Positions 63,096 to 64,000 of a stretch of 64,000 nucleotides of DNA are shown in pieces. The DNA is from Macrostomum lignano. Lineage: Eukaryota. The position numbers were made by a program, and so were the translations under genes. The notes under the pieces are model-generated. The model was not told the DNA's origin. It was given only the letters and a program-made list of their open reading frames with translations, and did no database searches. The stretch spans positions 62,001 to 126,000 of the forward strand of contig NIVC01000751.1 in NCBI GenBank assembly GCA_002269645.1, written 5' to 3'. Numbering within the stretch: the stretch's first letter is position 1; each line of letters begins with the position of its first letter.

Positions 63096-64000
63096 TTTGC
63101 AGTGAACTCTGTTCGGCTGGCATGGTTATAGCCCCATGCAGTAATTACATTAACAAATTCCCATATGCAAGCTTCTGGCCGAAAATGTGGCTAAAAACTC
63201 TCAGATAGCGCTGATGCAGAGCAATCCTATGGCTCTCTGAGACCCAGCTGGTGAATTCTTACATGAGATAAGCTGCTTTGGTGCCTGAGTCAGCACTCTT
63301 ACTAGTATAGTAAGTACATGGTTGGTTCAAAATGATTGATTTGTCCACTGCAAGCATTGCCTTTCAGCTTAGCAGCTCAGTTGAGCTGGCATTGCGAATC
63401 GAAGAAAGAAAACAAAATAAATTATCCGATCCGACCAGATATTTTCAAACTCCTTTAGAGCGAACATGCTACTATTAGTATTAAAGTCCGGAATTTTGTC
63501 TAGACAAGTTCAGCACATGAAAAGAAAGCCAGAAATTGCAATACTCAATCAAACTGAAAACAGGGCCAGATAATTAAAGGAACACTCCCAGCTAAGCGAG
63601 TTTAATTGTAGCCTCTCACCCAACCAATCAGATGTTCGGACTGCCGATGGCTAATAAGGTATCCTGAGCCGACTCTCGATGAAGTTCCAGTAGTTGTCAT
63701 CGAACTTGATGTCCCGCGACGGGGAGACTTTAAATAGGAATCAACTTTTACGTGATTTGTTACAGTGAAATACGTCGATTCTGATTGGCCGAGCCGATTT
63801 GTTAAAACTCAGGTTGAAGTTTCTGATTGGCTGGGCCGATTAGTTAAAACTCACGTCGAAGTTCGGGATTGAAGAGGAGAGGCAGTGGGAAAAATAGCAG
63901 GAATATTATAGGATTTAAACAAATGTAAGTCACAACTGTGAAAACATCGTGATTATCCCAGACCATCGATCTGGCACCTGTAGACCCACAATGCCAGGTG

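Noticed and set aside
62131-63208. Multiple 110-330 aa ORFs
   Set aside because: Artefacts of the 16-bp satellite.

Overview
Repeat-rich animal (metazoan) genomic DNA; I can support no complete host gene. The window is mostly nested transposon remnants and tandem repeats, and most long ORFs in the track are repeat artefacts. Recognisable elements: a Ty3/gypsy gag-pol (26.1-29.6 kb, minus strand, disabled), a near-intact DD34D mariner (35.7-37.0 kb), a second mariner fragment, a Tc1/IS630-like deletion derivative, piggyBac and P-element/THAP9 fragments, LINE remnants (zinc-knuckle ORF1 plus APE endonuclease), EnSpm-like and hAT-like MITEs, and a Helitron-like repeat family. Two observations stand out. 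(1) At least 8 Crypton/DUF3504-type tyrosine-recombinase remnants occur, 7 of them in 10.2-19.1 kb. They are tied to a strongly over-represented GTCTATGG motif and to four long palindromes whose apex is, or appears to derive from, a C-GNA-G triloop mini-hairpin. (2) A degraded CRESS-virus-like Rep with SF3-helicase Walker A/B motifs lies at 23.2-24.2 kb, in an interval that starts with a YR C-terminus and is bounded by two GTCTATGGCCAAG copies. Protein family calls come from manual motif reading, not database searches.
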